The notes: generated from the sequence alone by a model not told the origin. Shown: positions 1 through 14,363, counted from the whole stretch's first letter. The stretch is 57,740 nt of DNA, filler included, from Sphacelaria rigidula (GCA_964200075.2; 4 parts of 4 records of this genome joined end to end with filler, not necessarily neighbours in it); one strand, 5' to 3'. Translations and numbers: made by a program.

Positions 1-67
1 CGTACTCATTTGTTGCTTGCCTTAGTCATTTGACCATTGACCACGCATCCCTTTCGAGACGGAGCAC
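1..67 (-). repeat. Copy of ~66-nt structured dispersed repeat (GTGCTCCGTCTCGAAAGGGATGCG...GAGTAC), at the contig end
   Basis: Reverse complement matches the copies at 14464, 49414, 54263, 57496 and 57578. Confidence 0.9.
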
Positions 68-429
68 CGGGAGAGGGGGGGGGGCGTCAATATCTAGTGG
101 CGGTTGTTGAGCTCAACTAGCCGCACAGAGCTAACGTGCACCTCCGACCAAGCCTCATCAATTTCAGTACTTCGTATTATCGAAGTTCCAACATTCCATC
201 TTTTGACCGCCGGGGCAGATCATCTGTTGAATTGCAGCCATGTTCGCGGGAAACCTTACTCCTTGACTCAGATAACCTACCCCGGCGATCAAAGGGCTCA
301 GCGGATCGTGTCCCTGTTTCATGAAATAAAACTCAATGTCTCCAAAATATACAAGAGTAAGAAGTAAGAAGTGTCTTGGCGTCTGCCGCCAGAAGAAGTC
401 ATGGTAAGACTGAAGAAAAACTTTGTGGC

Positions 430-3400
430 TCTAGGGGCGCCCTGGACTGTTCCATGGGCCAATTTTAATGGCAACGCATGCTAAGTGGACGGCTGAGGGA
501 TACAACTGAGGTATGCTTCGACGCACTTTTTGGTTGTATACAGTCTTGGGCCAAGAGAAAAAAAATGATCGGTTCTCACCGCGGTGCGCACTGCTGCAGC
601 GCAAACCCAGATTCAGCGACATCGGGTGTTTGATTGTGGTTCACATGACACGTGGACGATGCTTCAGGGCGATGCAGCGCCTTCAGCGCGCGTATAACCG
701 TGTCTCCCGAACCGAGCACCTCTACAGGCGACAGGTCGATGGCTTTTGTGCAGGTTGTCATTATCCAGAGGATGCCCAATGAGTCACGGTGCACGAAGTC
801 TGGGCTACGGGGAGGTTGTGTTAAGGGCGGTTTTACCCAAGATCGCTGATTGCTGTGTTCTCGTTCGTACGCGGCCCGAAACTGGCGCCGATTGGTGGAC
901 ATGCTGCCTGTGTTGAGTCCGACTAGTGCGCCAAGTTTCACGGCGGATAACCCGCCCCTGGTGGAGTAATCCACAATTGAAGGTTCTACGAGCTGGGCAA
1001 GCAGTAAATCCCGCATTCGCTTCCCCCACCACAACTTCTCAAGTTTCCCAAATCAGCGCGACTTGAGCAAACCGCTGAACTGCAGACCAACCTGGTAAAA
1101 CACGGCACCGCCGCTGGTCGATTGGCGCAGTTTTGGCGACGATGTTATTGTAAGGCATTGAGTACCGGGTACGTCTCGTGCCATTGGGTGAAAGCATGCC
1201 TGGAGGTGTTTCGTTTCACAAAATGCGGTGGAATCACGGTATACAATTACGCCGCACAGGCACGCGAACACCCAAAATGCGCGCAAAAGCACACTGATAG
1301 CGCTGCAAGAGGGGATCAAGCTAGTCAACAGCTGCATCATGGAAGAGGAGCCGACTGTCATATACCACCGTACGAGGGAGAAGCACTACTTGGAACTGCG
1401 CTGTACCCCCCCCAAAAAAACAAGACCGTCACCAAATATCGAAACCCTTTGCAACCGCGGAGGAAGAAGACATCATGCACTATACACTACACGGTATGCA
1501 CAAAAATATTATTGTCGTGTCGTGTCGTGACCTGTGTAAGTGGAGGTTGTTGTATCAGTTTGACCGATGGGGCGCAGTCGTGTCACGAAAAGCGCGATGC
1601 GACGCACAATTTGAGGGGTTTTTGGCCGAGAATTTGCCAGGATCTCCTGGGCACAAGTGCCCACAAGCAAGATTGTTGGCGGTGGAGCCGCATTTTCCCT
1701 GTTTTCGCTGAAACTTCAACTCGCTCCAACTTCCTGTGTTTTTTTCCCTCGGCACCCCCAACCCCAACAATGTCGCGCATGCTGATGATGAAAATATCGT
1801 GTCAAAATTTCAGCGCCTAATAACTCTTCGAATTACCAATCGCATCGCCAGGATACACTGGGCAGGATACATTCGAAAATCACCGTCGGCTGATCCAGCT
1901 CGTATTCTAAAGTGCAGTGATTTTCAGATGCGGGCCAAATGTGGGCATTAACATTTACAATTTTTGGTAGTACGGGCATCGGCGGGCTGGCAGAGAAAAG
2001 GGTGTGATGCACAACCCAACACAAAAACTTGCGGGAGTGGCTCACTACCCCCGCGAACAAGGCACATGACTGAGGCCTTCGCTGGTCCTCAGCTGAGCAC
2101 CTTGCGCTTTGCTCTGATAAAATTTGTTTAGAAACAACGAGAAATACCTACTCGCGTCCGACACGCGTCGAAAACACCGATGCATCTTGGGAGCCAGCAT
2201 GGTCACGTTTTCGGCGGCGGTACCATGCATAGTGTAGATGAGCGAGGGCTAGGGTTAGATCGAATGTCGATGGGCGGTGTGTGTGTGTGTGTCTCTCACA
2301 TTGGGGGTCAGTGTGTGCATTATACGTCATGCGCTTCCTAGTCGCGTCTCTTTCGGTACCAACACGGAGATATTGGGTTGACGCACACGACCAGAACCAC
2401 CGCATTATCAGCCTGTACGCAGACCTGGCTTGCGTCTAGACAGCAACCCTTCAAGTGTTAATTTCCAAGCCGAGTTTGCAACGAAGTTTGATGATGCTGC
2501 ATTCGTTGAAGTCGACGCCGGTCCCCTGTATGCACTGGCACAAGAAACACGCGACAGGCACCCAGACATTGAACTTTTACACCGAGCCCCACAAAACATC
2601 CAGCTCCAAATCACGCCAGCCCTTGCTCATCTGCACGTAGCAGTTTGCTAGAGCGAAGTCCGTTGAGCATTGGATCAAAGGCGGCCGTGTGCTTGTCGCA
2701 TTCTTTAATTTAAAAACTGTGGTTCCTGAAACCGTTAGTCTTTCGTGTGTGTTCGGGGCATATTCGGCGCAAATGTTCGCCTATTCAATTACAGATACAT
2801 ACATCCACTGAAACAAAGCCGAGTGACCTCTTGTGATCAACAGCTATTGCTTGAGCTCCATCTATTGTGCTTCGCCGGGAGCAGTGCGGCTCTTAGCCCC
2901 TCGAGCGGTTGTGTTGGCTCATGTGCCTACAACTTGGGATGAACTCCTGGGGTGGCTAGGGGCATGTTCTCATTCCATGCAATTCAACACCTGTTCGTGA
3001 CAAACGATTTGAAAACTCCGAAACTCTTCTTAAAAAACGTTTTCCACGAACACACTCTCAACGTTTTGCCAATCTTTTCGGGAGGGGGGGGGGGGTATTA
3101 CATCAATCGATATCAGAACGTACAGGGCAAAGCAAGGGAGAGAAAAATGGTTAATATGTCTCAAGAAGACACGCCTGAGGGATAGAGCCCATGCCAGTGC
3201 ATCACAAAAATATTTTGCTCTGTCTGTAACGACACTGGGGTTGGCGATCGCCAGGGCGGGTCATCTGGGTCTTCCGCTTACGTTACGTGTAAAGCTGACG
3301 CCTGTTCAACAGATGACACACCCAAGAGATCGAATGGTTGCTCAACTCATAGACACCCGTAGGTCTTCACACATGATGTGCACATCTCAAATTGGTCAAC

Positions 3401-6400
3401 GACATGATATCGACATTATACTCGGGGTCAATCAGCATCGCCTCGAATAGTTTAATGCTAATCGTGTCGAGGACACTGCTCACCAGGTTGCGTCCAACGT
3501 ACTTCCGATATCACCTGATTCGAGCTGTCTCCAGGTACATCTTTGCTGAGTTACCGTCTATATTACAAAGGCATCTCGGCTACAGTTACAGCCGAGACTA
3601 GGGTCACCAGCAGCTCTGGAGGATGTGAATTAAGTGATAAACTAATGGATACATGGCCGAGACTTACATAAACTTCCCGAGAAAACACGCTCGAGAAAAT
3701 CAACATGACGTAATAACAGCTCCGCCGAACCACCACGGGGACTAGGGACTTCCAAGGCGGAGGACGGGGTACAGGTTCCCACGCATGTGTCGAAAAGTCC
3801 TTTTCACCCGAACGGCGCAATTTAACGTTCGCCAACGTGCTAGCAAAGGGTGTGAGAGTCAGGATTGATGTCGGGGGCTTGTTTGTATGGAGCTTGGCTT
3901 GAACCAAAAATATGAAGTCATGGAGCCCCGGTCATGTGGGTCAGGAATGGTCAGGAGCATGAGGAAATCAAGTCAAAATGATGCCGATTCACAACAACAA
4001 AAATCGTCGATGGTCAGGAGCATGAGGAAATCAAGTCAAAATGATGCCGATTCACGACAACAAAAATCGTCAGTGGGTTCCCAAAGGGTTAACAGATACA
4101 AGTACTACATTCGTCGTTCGAGGTGACTGTTAGACGGCGAGGGCAGTCTATCTGAATCATGTATACTTTTTTCGGGTGAACCTGATGTCTTTTTGCCGTC
4201 GACGGGTCAAATCGACACCGAATAAAAAAATGAACCCATCCTGGCAGCCAAGGGGTCGAGATAGGCAATGTAGGGCTCAAGGAAACCACTAGTAACCCGA
4301 GCTCCAAAACTTGTCCCTGTTGTAAGGTCCTGATGCCCTGAAAACGAAACATTGCTGGTACGAACATGGGTGAGAGGCAGATAACCATGGCCTGTGGATT
4401 TCGACACCTTCAAGGTAAGGTTCCCCCAGTTCAGTACCATTATGTTCATGGGTGACACATGGCCGACAAAATGTGAATCCTAGTCCAAACCGAACAAAGC
4501 ATACCGAGAACCGCGGGCAAGGGGGGGTGCAAAGTATGTCCACGGCAAACCGCGCATTGGCAGACATCAAATCGGAGGCGGCGCCTGCGGCACCGACATG
4601 GACAAAAATGTGTTTTGCATACGCTGGGGGGCACTGTCAGCCCCGCGAAAGATCCAAAGCTTGGTGTTCACTCCAATCAAGGAACGTCAACCATGAAAAT
4701 AATCGCCCCGAACTGAGACAAATCTAATGCTCAACAACACGTAGACCGCGACACGGGAAGTCCATCCGGATCACACAAACTTTTTTCAAGTGAAACTGAT
4801 GCCGATCCCGCAGGTGACCTGACCTCGCGGTCGCGGTCTCGCGGTCAAAGGGTTGAGGCGAACCCAACACAACAGTGGGGTAGAGGAGGTGTACAATGGG
4901 TCCCTAGAAACAGTGTGCGTTGTGTTGCTCGAATTAGCGCCTTTAGGTCGCATCGTGGAACAGAAATACCCGGTACTATTCAGAAACTGGGTGTTAGAAC
5001 AAGAGAAACTCCTGTACAGGTGTGAATATCCGGATGCGTTTTTTTATGCCTGACGATCTAGGGTATACCGGAATTGATAGCTGTGCACCAAAAGTTTAAC
5101 ACATACTTGTATCTAGAATCGAATGGAGTACTTGGCAGTCGAAACCGCTCAACTCTTGAGCAATCCTTGAGGTATCAAAATATTGACGATACAAAGCGAC
5201 ATATTCGGATTTATGCGATCTTTCGGTGTGGTTGTGGTTATATGTTCATTTGCCTAGGGCACTAAACGACTCGACGTACTGGCAAACCGGCTGGCGCGTC
5301 ATCATCTCCGCGATACAGTCGTTGGAGCCCTCTAGAAATGGTAACATTGGTTGAAGAGAAAACTTACAAGAACAAGGTATACACATACACGTTCGGGGTC
5401 GGGCTTTGCGACGCCGAATACACCTAGAGACCTGACCGCCTAGAGTGGGTTATAGTCAGCACAGCAGTCCCTTCCCTCCCGATTCTTGAGCACTGCGACA
5501 TCATCTTGAGGTATTTGTTTAGAATATGCAGCGCAGAGTGCAGATAAAGCCCCACCGGGGGTGCAACGCGCACTACATCGGCGACTGGAAATACAGGAAG
5601 CTTCTTTCGCCCGGTACAACTGGAGGGTCATCCACACAACCAAAACTCAATTGCGGCTATCGACGGCGATCAAGGAGCGGAAAATAGCCAGGCAGTGCGG
5701 TACTTACAGTATATGCCACACCGCGCGGTGACGAGGTTTCCAGCTTTTACGCCTCCGGCACAGCTGAAGTTCCGAGCAGTGTCGCCAAGACATAGTTCAG
5801 TTTTCATGATTTACCGGAAATGTGTCCACTTTAGCCTATCCCTCCAAAATATGTATGTACCTTTCTGCCCATGGGCTTTTCGGAATCAGTGAGCGATCTT
5901 TCTTGTTTTTGCACCAACGACTCATCGCCATGACAAGAAAAAGTAAAGCCGAGCGCCGTTTTAGGCCTGTAGTCAGCAGTTGCGCGACGCAATGGAAAAC
6001 TGTAGAAGGCTTTGAGGCGTGAAGGGACCTGAACCTTCATGCTGGAGAGGAAACGTGACGGAGAGAATATGCTATATGTGCGATTTTTGAACGGTCGAAC
6101 GTGGTAGTTCCAAGTACCCCCCGCCAGCGCCAGCCCCTCCCTCTGAACTTCGTAGATGACGTGCTGGTTTCCACCAGGGGCGAACGCCTACATAGTGTGC
6201 GAGACAGCTCCCGATTCATACCCAACTTTTTCTCAGATCAACTTTTTGGCGGTCATGACAAATCCTCCACTATCGTATGAGACACCCCATGAGGATGTGA
6301 GTTCACGCCATGATTGGATTGTTCGGCCGGTACGGCTATGTTCTTTGTATCACACCGCTGTGCCGTAGCACACATTGTCACAACGAACCGCCCCCCAATC

Positions 6401-6750
6401 CTAGCGACGACGAACTGGCGAAGCAACACTCTTGGCTGAGCAGTCTCACAGCCTCAAAGCATGATGAATGTGAGGGGCCACTGATATCCTGCTCCAGTAA
6501 GAGTATCGGTACACTATGTCAGAGAGCCTACTCTAATCGTCGCCATGTGCGGGCAGTTGTGGAGGTCGTGAAGGTGAGGGCGTGGACTACGGCACAGCAG
6601 CATCACCACAGCATCGTCACACAGATCGATTGGGTTGAATCATTCCGGTCGTGCAAAACCGAGAACCAAACACAATCCACATACCGCATAAGAAAATGCT
6701 CCCTCGCGATGCCCCCCTGATACAAGATGCGCAGGCCGACTGTGGATTTC
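430..6750 (-). pseudogene. Decayed, apparently intron-split gene relic, probably a KDZ (Kyakuja-Dileera-Zisupton)-type transposase
   Basis: Coding-like minus-strand blocks with stops and frameshifts lie at ~6040-6740 (SWIM-like Cys/His, HNCPH), 4160-4460, 3280-3590, 2420-2630 (FLCQC), 1053-1361 (WVFACLCGVIVYRDSTAFCET, resembling the KDZ core xCGxI...ES motif) and 430-1030 (...FFSW). The assignment is by eye only. Confidence 0.4.
3947..4071 (+). repeat. Two-copy 63-bp tandem duplication containing the TCAAGT(C/G)AAAATGATGCCGATTCA MITE-family motif
   Basis: ATGGTCAGGAGCATGAGG...AAAAATCGTC is repeated at 3947 and 4010. Confidence 0.9.
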
Positions 6751-6929
6751 GTTGCTCAGCTCGTTTAATATCCAAAATCAGATCGCCCCTTTGTCGTGAT
6801 CTTCTGATGATTTTGTCGTTTCATGCCGCTGCACCATAGCTCAAAGCTTTGAATTCGAAGACCACGACTCAACAACCGTACCGTGGTGACGATTGGGGTC
6901 AGGTCTTGTACACAACGTACTAACCACCA

Positions 6930-7300
6930 GTCGCCCCGGTGGCTCAGTTGGTAAGCTCGAAACCTTCTGACGGGTGGGTCGTGGGTTCAAATCTCGGAGC
7001 GATCTGGGATTTCTTTACCATGCTCAACAGTGGAGAGCAACTATTATATGTCGTGGGTACACAAAATTCGACTTCATGGTCGACGAGGGAAAGGGAGTCC
7101 TGAACCCTTCTCACAAAAAAAGAATGAAGGCAAGCACCACAGAAGGAAGGTGGAATACTACAACAAAGAGAAGAGAAAAAAAAAACTCCTGTGTTGGCCT
7201 TCCTCTTTTGACCCCGGCTGGTGCGCCCACATATACAGAAAGGTGTTTACCGGCGCCCACGACAGATGGGAAGACAACACAACACACACGGACAACACAC
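6930..7300 (+). mobile_element. tRNA-derived SINE
   Basis: tRNA-like head with A box TGGCTCAGTTGG, B box GGTTCAAATC and acceptor-like pairing TCGCCCCG/CGGAGCGA. The body and tail recur at 11664-11900 (-) and 43384-43452 (+). It ends in an (ACA)-rich tail. Confidence 0.75.
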
Positions 7301-9980
7301 TGACAAACTTCATAGGGGGGCTACTTCACGTCTCGGGCTTGGGGTGGGCCGCGGACGCCACGTTGATACCGAGCGACACGACTTTATTCGATTCATGCCG
7401 AGATTGAATATATCTGATAACAGCATGACCACTACCGCCCATGCAACCCTCCACCATGATGTACTGCCCCACTCAGTGCTTTAGCACGTGATCAAAGACA
7501 TATTTTCTTCGACTGTTGGTTCGCTGCTGTAATAGAAGTTGTGAGCTGTGGGAAAGCGGCATGAAAACAAAAAACACCGCCATAGGTACGTGCAGGTTAG
7601 AATCCAAAGGCGAATACATGCTACATGATGCGGCTTGATCCTCATGTCATGAAGCTCCGATGAGCAGTGTCATATGGGGTATGAAGTTACATACTCCGTA
7701 CAACAGCACAGCAATACGACGTCACGTTGGCAACTATCAGAAAATATTCGAAACGGCGTCAAGTGTGCGTTAATCGAGGATCTACCCATCCGAGCTTTGA
7801 ACTTTGAACCGATGGTGATGAAGCCCCGCCATGCCAGCATTCATCACATTTCCTACGTATCCCTGTCAAAGATATCTCGAACTCGAGGTTGCCAGAAAAT
7901 AAAATTATAAAAGTATACCTTGTAATAATACACAACTTGCGTGGGCATCGGTTCCCATAGCGAATATGCTTTGCGGCCGAAAATGACAACTGATTGTTGG
8001 GAGGGTGAGGGGGCGGGGGGAGACTCACTATGCAACACACAGAGAGTAACAGAGGTATCTCAAACCCGACGTTACAGATATATATATATATATATACACA
8101 CACATTGATAACTAATTTACAGATAAATAATCGGGAACCTCGAGTTTGATCTGTGAGAAGCCTCGTTTGTAGTGAGCTGTAGTCCTAGAGGTGGCTACAC
8201 GACCTCGGATACTTCACACTGTTGAGTTGAAATGGATTCAAAACACATACTAGAAAGTCTCACCGAAGGGAGGAGCATGTGCTACGAACACCGTAAATAT
8301 GAACAGTGTGCACAACGTTAGACTCCACATAGAAGCAGATACACTATAGCGCAGTACATCTACTTGGGGATGACCAATCCCGAAAACGACAGGGCTCTGT
8401 CACCCAGCCTCTGGATGTGATGCAACATAGAAGAGGTCATCTCCAGAGTGCTGCCTTGCCACTGAACGTGTGAAACTAAAAATCTACCGTAAATCTCCGC
8501 CCAGACACCAATGCTCCGTGTGGTGGAGAGGATGCCTGCAAAGTCCTGCTCCAAGTCATTTTCTTGAAATGACAGTTGCCACGGAATGAAAAACAACACA
8601 CTACAAAATGCCCGCCCGATCCAACCCGGTGTGTGAGACACGAACGCAAACCAGGTGCAAAACACCCCTCAGCTCCCCTGCAGCTGTGTCCGATGACTCT
8701 ATCGTAGACATCGATCAAAGTACCCCTGCAGAATCATGAAACCTCCAACGTTTTCGCGCGAAACGACCGGGGCGCTGCGGAAATGACGGTTGTGTAGCAC
8801 GATCCTATAACTGTCCTGACTGTGCTGTACTGTTGTTGTGGAACCAAGGCAACCGGGCTATCGCACGTGGAACTGTACGGTGCCGTACACGTATATACTG
8901 GGGTATCTATTGTTTTATTATCACGACCGCATTCCCTCTTCCACCTCGTATCCCTTTCCACAACTTATCTGCACCAGTGTCATCAAATATGAATGATCAA
9001 AACAGTTCATCAGAGACAGTACAGAGCATCTGGACCAGACGTTCGTTGCATGAACTGCGGCTAAACTCAACGAAACCCCCACCCGCAAAGAAGAATGGAA
9101 AAAACTTGTTGCAGTTTGGAAAAAGTCAAAAATAATGATGCCACCAAAAGTGTACAGAAAACAGTATTAGGCCTTCGAAAACAAGTGACTAGCAAAAACA
9201 GCAGAAACGTGTTCTACTCGTCTTCGAGTTCTTCAGCCCTAGGGTTGTGTTTTGTGAGGGGCAAGCAGCACTGGGCAGCCTGAATAAATAGCACCAGCGC
9301 ACCACGACGCCATACTGTGTTTCTCCTCGCTTTGGGGGCAGTACAGCTGTCGACTGTGTCGGTGAATGGTCCCGAAACCAAATTATGTTTGTAGTACGGT
9401 GAATTTTCCGATGTTCATGTGAAGCAAAAACTCCCGCATGAAATGTTCACTCCGCTCAGAAAGCGGAAGATGAAGATGAGCCAAACAGGAAACCACTGTA
9501 CTGTGCGGAGGTACCATGTCAGTTTTAGTGTTGAAAAAAAGCGTAAGTCAACGGTTGACCGGAGGCAACGCTCATGTAACCTTCATGAACCCCAACCCTT
9601 GTTGTGTGGGAAGGGTACAAGGTTGTTCGTCATCGTGGGTCTGTCCTGTGAGAGCCCCGTGTTTTTTCTCCACTTCTACTTGTTTCAGCGAAAAGAACCT
9701 CCACCCCGGCCAAAAAACAAAAAAATAAGGCGCACCAGTATGTAGCAATCACCGCACGACCTACAACACGTCGTTCGTATCCAACAAGCAGTGTGCAGCT
9801 CTGGAGATTCGCCAAGGATTGTAATGCACGATGAACGTTTATGGACAAGCGAAATAACCCTAGAATGACTCCAATGAAGCATTTCCCCCCAAACCAGCGG
9901 AGTGTACAAGATATAATGGGAGTGTTGCGTAGCCGACATAAGAAACAGACTCTCCCTAAGGCCGGCCACATCGCTCCAAA

Positions 9981-10061
9981 TACTACTACAGCGACAACAA
10001 CAACAACAACAACAACAACAACTACGACGACGACCATGACGACGACAACGACGACGACACC

Positions 10062-10099
<38 letters not shown>

Positions 10100-10131
10100 C
10101 TACAATAACTACAACAACTGCAGTAACAACC
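9981..10131 (+). repeat. (ACA/ACG)n trinucleotide microsatellite
   Basis: About 50 ACN triplets; these produce the spurious poly-T and poly-V ORFs. Confidence 0.95.
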
Positions 10132-11663
10132 AATTCATCCTTGGGAAAAGCTGGGGGGAAACAGCGGCGGAACAGTGGGCAGCATTTCACAGATATGTAT
10201 GAGCGGGTTGTTCTTCTTTCGCCACGCGCAAACCAGCGGAAATGTTCCTGCCATCGCGCTGGGTAGTTAGGCACAGAGCCGCGGTTGCCAAGGGCACTCC
10301 GAGTACACATCACAACCATGTCTACCGTATAACACGGGTCACGCATCTGAAAGTCGACAGCAGGTGGACGAATACAGGATCCTGTGAGGGGTAGAGAAGT
10401 CTGGATAAACCAAAGCATGAATATTGTGCGCTCCTCCATCTGTTTTTCGGCCTTTCTTGCTGGGAGGAAAAACAGAAAGCACCACCCTTGTCGAAGGATC
10501 TTTCGCTAAAAACGATGGGCGATTGCTAGTTGGCGTCCATCATGGACGGACAAAAGTTGGCTGAATAGGTTATAGGTTGGGAAAACGAACGCGCGGTAGG
10601 CGACAATGGCGACAAGGGCAACAATCAGTCAACTGGCTCGGCCTCGATATCATCAAGTCACCGTTCAGACTGTGACCCCCTACCCAAAGCGCCAGAACGA
10701 ACAATCCAATCCAACTTGTATGATCTTCTCTGTTCGAGCTGTTCCGACCGTTTGTTTGTTGGATCTGCTGCACGGTCTGTTTTGTCTGGCTCATAGGTTG
10801 TCTGAAAGAAGGGACCAGTTGACACGGTGCTATTGCCACAAGCCTCCAGGCCTACACGAGACCTGGTACAATTTAACTCAAATTTTGGTCGTAGCTCATT
10901 GCCGTCGATCCAGTTTGCAGCACCTCACACTTCTCACCTGTTGTAGGTGAGCCACCGCAGGAGCCAGTCGTACTCCGTCTTTCACGAGAAGCCAAAATCG
11001 AGGGTAGCAGACGAGTTATCGATCTCTGATCTCGATCAATTTCGCTGAACCGAACTACAAGTCGAGAGACACAGAAAAAGCTTGCCTCGGCCCGGTGGTT
11101 GGTGTGCTCTTGCGCCGCTTGCTGGAGCTAGCAGACTACTGGCAAATGCAGGGGATGCGATACAGTGCAGTGGTATATACACTACTATCTGGCTGGGTGT
11201 GCAGCAGCTGTATTACTACACTGTCAACAGAAACGATATTTGGTCCGCGGAAAGAGATTGTCCTGTGTACCGTATTGTACTGTCTGTACTGTCTGTACTG
11301 TACTGTCTCTCTGTGCTGTTTGTCTGCCCAACAAACTCTTGACCCAATGTAGTTCCAGATTTTCGACACTACTCAGAAAAACGCCTCCGTTAAGTCTCTG
11401 TCCCATTCACACCATACCACAGCATACCCTCCTGCCCTCCAAGACAGGGTGCAACCTTCGACAACCTTACCGTATTCCTGCCACATGACCAGGAAGGCGA
11501 AGATTTTGCCCAAAAAACAACGAACGGTGTTCCGAAGCACACCGTTATTTTCAGTATCCTTAGCAGCTACGGTTTACCCACTCGTCCAACCGGTTGTGCT
11601 TGCAAACCCTTCCCCTATTGTTCCCTGCTGAGTATATCTGGTACAACAACAGTAGTATTATTA

Positions 11664-11900
11664 TTGTGTGTTGTCGTCCAATCTATTCTGGGCGCCGGTC
11701 TACACCTCTCGGTATGTGTGGGCGCACCTGCCGGGGTCACACAGGAGGAGGGACAACACGGGAGCTTCTATTTCTCATCCGTTTGTAGTAACCCACCTTC
11801 CTGCTGCGGTACTCACCTTTATTTTTCATCGCGAGAGGGGTTTAGCAGTCCCTTTCCCTCGTCGACCGTTTAAGTAGATTTTTTTCACGGTAGTACCCAA
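11664..11900 (-). mobile_element. SINE body and tail copy (same family as 6930-7300)
   Basis: Reverse complement shares GTCGACGAGGGAAAGGGA, GTGCGCCCAC and GGCGCCCA...GACAACAC blocks with 7075-7290. Confidence 0.75.
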
Positions 11901-14293
11901 AACAAAAGGTTGATTACTGTTCGTGTTTTTTATTACCAACAAATTTCTGTGTCGGGCTGTAGAATCTTGAATCTTCTACTGGTATATTTCGATCACGGAT
12001 CCGAGTACTTGAAGGCAAATGTGAATATGCATATTAAGAAATGGAGCTTCCTCGCTCGTACCAGAAAGCGACTCGAACAAGCAGACACCCCAAGCGGGAA
12101 GGTGAGTGTTTGTGTGTAATTGGCGCCCGATATGTATCGTAGATGGCATTGATCCTTTTTATTTTGAGCACCAAATCTGAGACTTGTATATACTCGAGCC
12201 GTGAGTCTTCTGCGGCTGGATGTATTCTCGTTTTGTTCTCATGACCAGCATCAAGCTTGCCTTCTACTGTACAAGACCTCTCAGTGTACCCGCAAATCTG
12301 CAACATGGAGGATCGGCATGTGGATCTGCAGCTCCGATCTTGAACTAATTTCGTTCAACTACAGTTGTCTGCACAGCACGGGACGGTACTATCCTGCTGT
12401 ATCATCTGTGCACAGCATAGTAGTACAGCACAGCACAGCACAGCACTCGGTACAACAGTACAGTAAAGTTCAACAGTACATATCGTAACCGTACCCTCTA
12501 GCTTATGCTTGTTGCCTGTACAGAACTACCGTGGACCTCGCCAAAAGCTTTGAGTTTTTGCACGCAGGTCGGGGATATCTCTGCACATGACGTTGAAATT
12601 GCCTTCGCGCCGCCGCCGCGCACTCGTGCCGTGTCGCTGGCTTGACGTTTTAAGGAACGTACCGTACGCAGAAAACAGTGCACTCGAGGTGCCGTGTGTA
12701 GTGCAGTACGAAGTCAGTACGTGACGCCCAGCACTTTATCCTAGGGATACAACTGACAGTAATACCGTGCAGTCAGTGCACCCGAGTGTCGCGCGATCTG
12801 CGCTTCGCAACATTGACGAATGCATTTGTGTACGTGAAACAGTCCTCAAGGCAGCAACACTATCCTGCCAGTGGTATATCATGAAAACTGGCCAAGCATT
12901 AACATGAAATTTTTACAGACACTAAATCTTATAGTGGACCACTGCTGTCTGCCCTGACTGAACATTCAACTGGTCAAATAGTTGCTGCACGCCTCCAGTT
13001 GAGTCCACCACTTGGTAAGTCTACCCGACGTGGTTGTAGACTGGACACAGAAATACGGATCTTTAGTGGGGGCTGTGCTGCTTGCGTGCGCAGAACGCGT
13101 TCTTGTCTAACTCAGCGCCGAGCTCTGGTAATTCACACTTTGCCTAGGGAACTGTGCACTCCCCTTGCCCGACGGTTCTCTATATGCCTTCGTTGGAGTG
13201 AGGGTTAGGGTTAGAGTTATTCAAAATCGTAAACTTCCAAGAAACTTCTTTACCCTTCCGAGTGGTATACTAACCTCTCTGCATCATCAACGAAAGAAAA
13301 ATATGTAGTCTGATCTTGGGCCACTGCACTGTACTCTCTCTACTGCGAGGCAACCTAACTCAGAATACGGGGTCAACGGTTCAAACGCAGTTCCAGCTGC
13401 AGTTGCTCCGAGTATCACCGCATGAGCCGGTCGCAGTGCCCAGTTTATGATCACATTTCCTAGATATTCAATCCTAGATCATTCAAAAAGTCTATTTTGC
13501 TCTCCCCAGCAGTGCATTTCCGTTTCAATGATATGGAACCGACAATGTTGAAGTTTAGACACCCAAACACAGCCCACCTGGCGTCTAATTATGCTGAAAC
13601 TTCACGTATGTGCAGCACGAAGCCGCAGGTAGGTGTTGGCGTAGCAGTTTCGGCGACCCAAGGCATTTTTGTGCGCTGCGTGGGTCGAAGGGATGATTCT
13701 GCACGATGTGAACTATTTCGGAACATCTCATTTTCTAATGACAATTCTGGAGGGAACGATATCAAATCCGTGCGGAGGCAGCGGTAGATCTTGCCAGCGT
13801 TGACGTTTAGGTTGGCCGCTTATCCGTCGACGCTTGCAGTAACACGGGAAACAACCACCAGTCAGGGTTCGTCATATGTTGGAGATAAATTGCCCTTGGG
13901 ATTTACACACTGTCTCGCAAAAGACGCGGCCGTACTGTCGAGGCGGAGAGAACAGTGTCTTCAGCCAGGACCGCTGTGAAGCTGCTCGGAAAGGGAGCAA
14001 CGTCCCCTCACAAACGGCAGCAGATTCAGCGAGCTGGAGACCACGACAGTCTGACGACAACGGGGGTTGTTGCTGTTGTCGTCTTCTGTCAGAATGAACC
14101 TGCAATTCTTGTAGAGGATGCTCCCACGTCAGTATTGAGCTTTCTCCGACAGTCGCGTGATAGCCCTTTTGCAGAGTTTTCATCATTTCACTTGGTTCCA
14201 GAATAGGACAGAGCGCAGGTTGCAATTTTCCTGAATGGATCGAGTATTTTAGCCCTCCCGGGGCGTGGTTCGCATCGTATAGTCATAAATACT

Positions 14294-14363
14294 GCCGCGC
14301 CCCGGTGGTTTAACGGTCCGACTGTCGCCGCTAGGGTGGAGAGAACGGGGGTTCGATTCCCGA
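14294..14363 (+). mobile_element. tRNA-like (SINE head) sequence truncated at the contig end
   Basis: A box TGGTTTAACGG and B box GGTTCGATTCC; no canonical anticodon arm is evident. Confidence 0.55.

Noticed and set aside
6930-7003. Functional tRNA gene
   Set aside because: The anticodon arm is irregular and the sequence runs into a repeated body, which fits a SINE head better.
9630-10439. 269-aa poly-Val ORF and 141-aa poly-Thr ORF
   Set aside because: Both are artefacts of the (ACA)n microsatellite.
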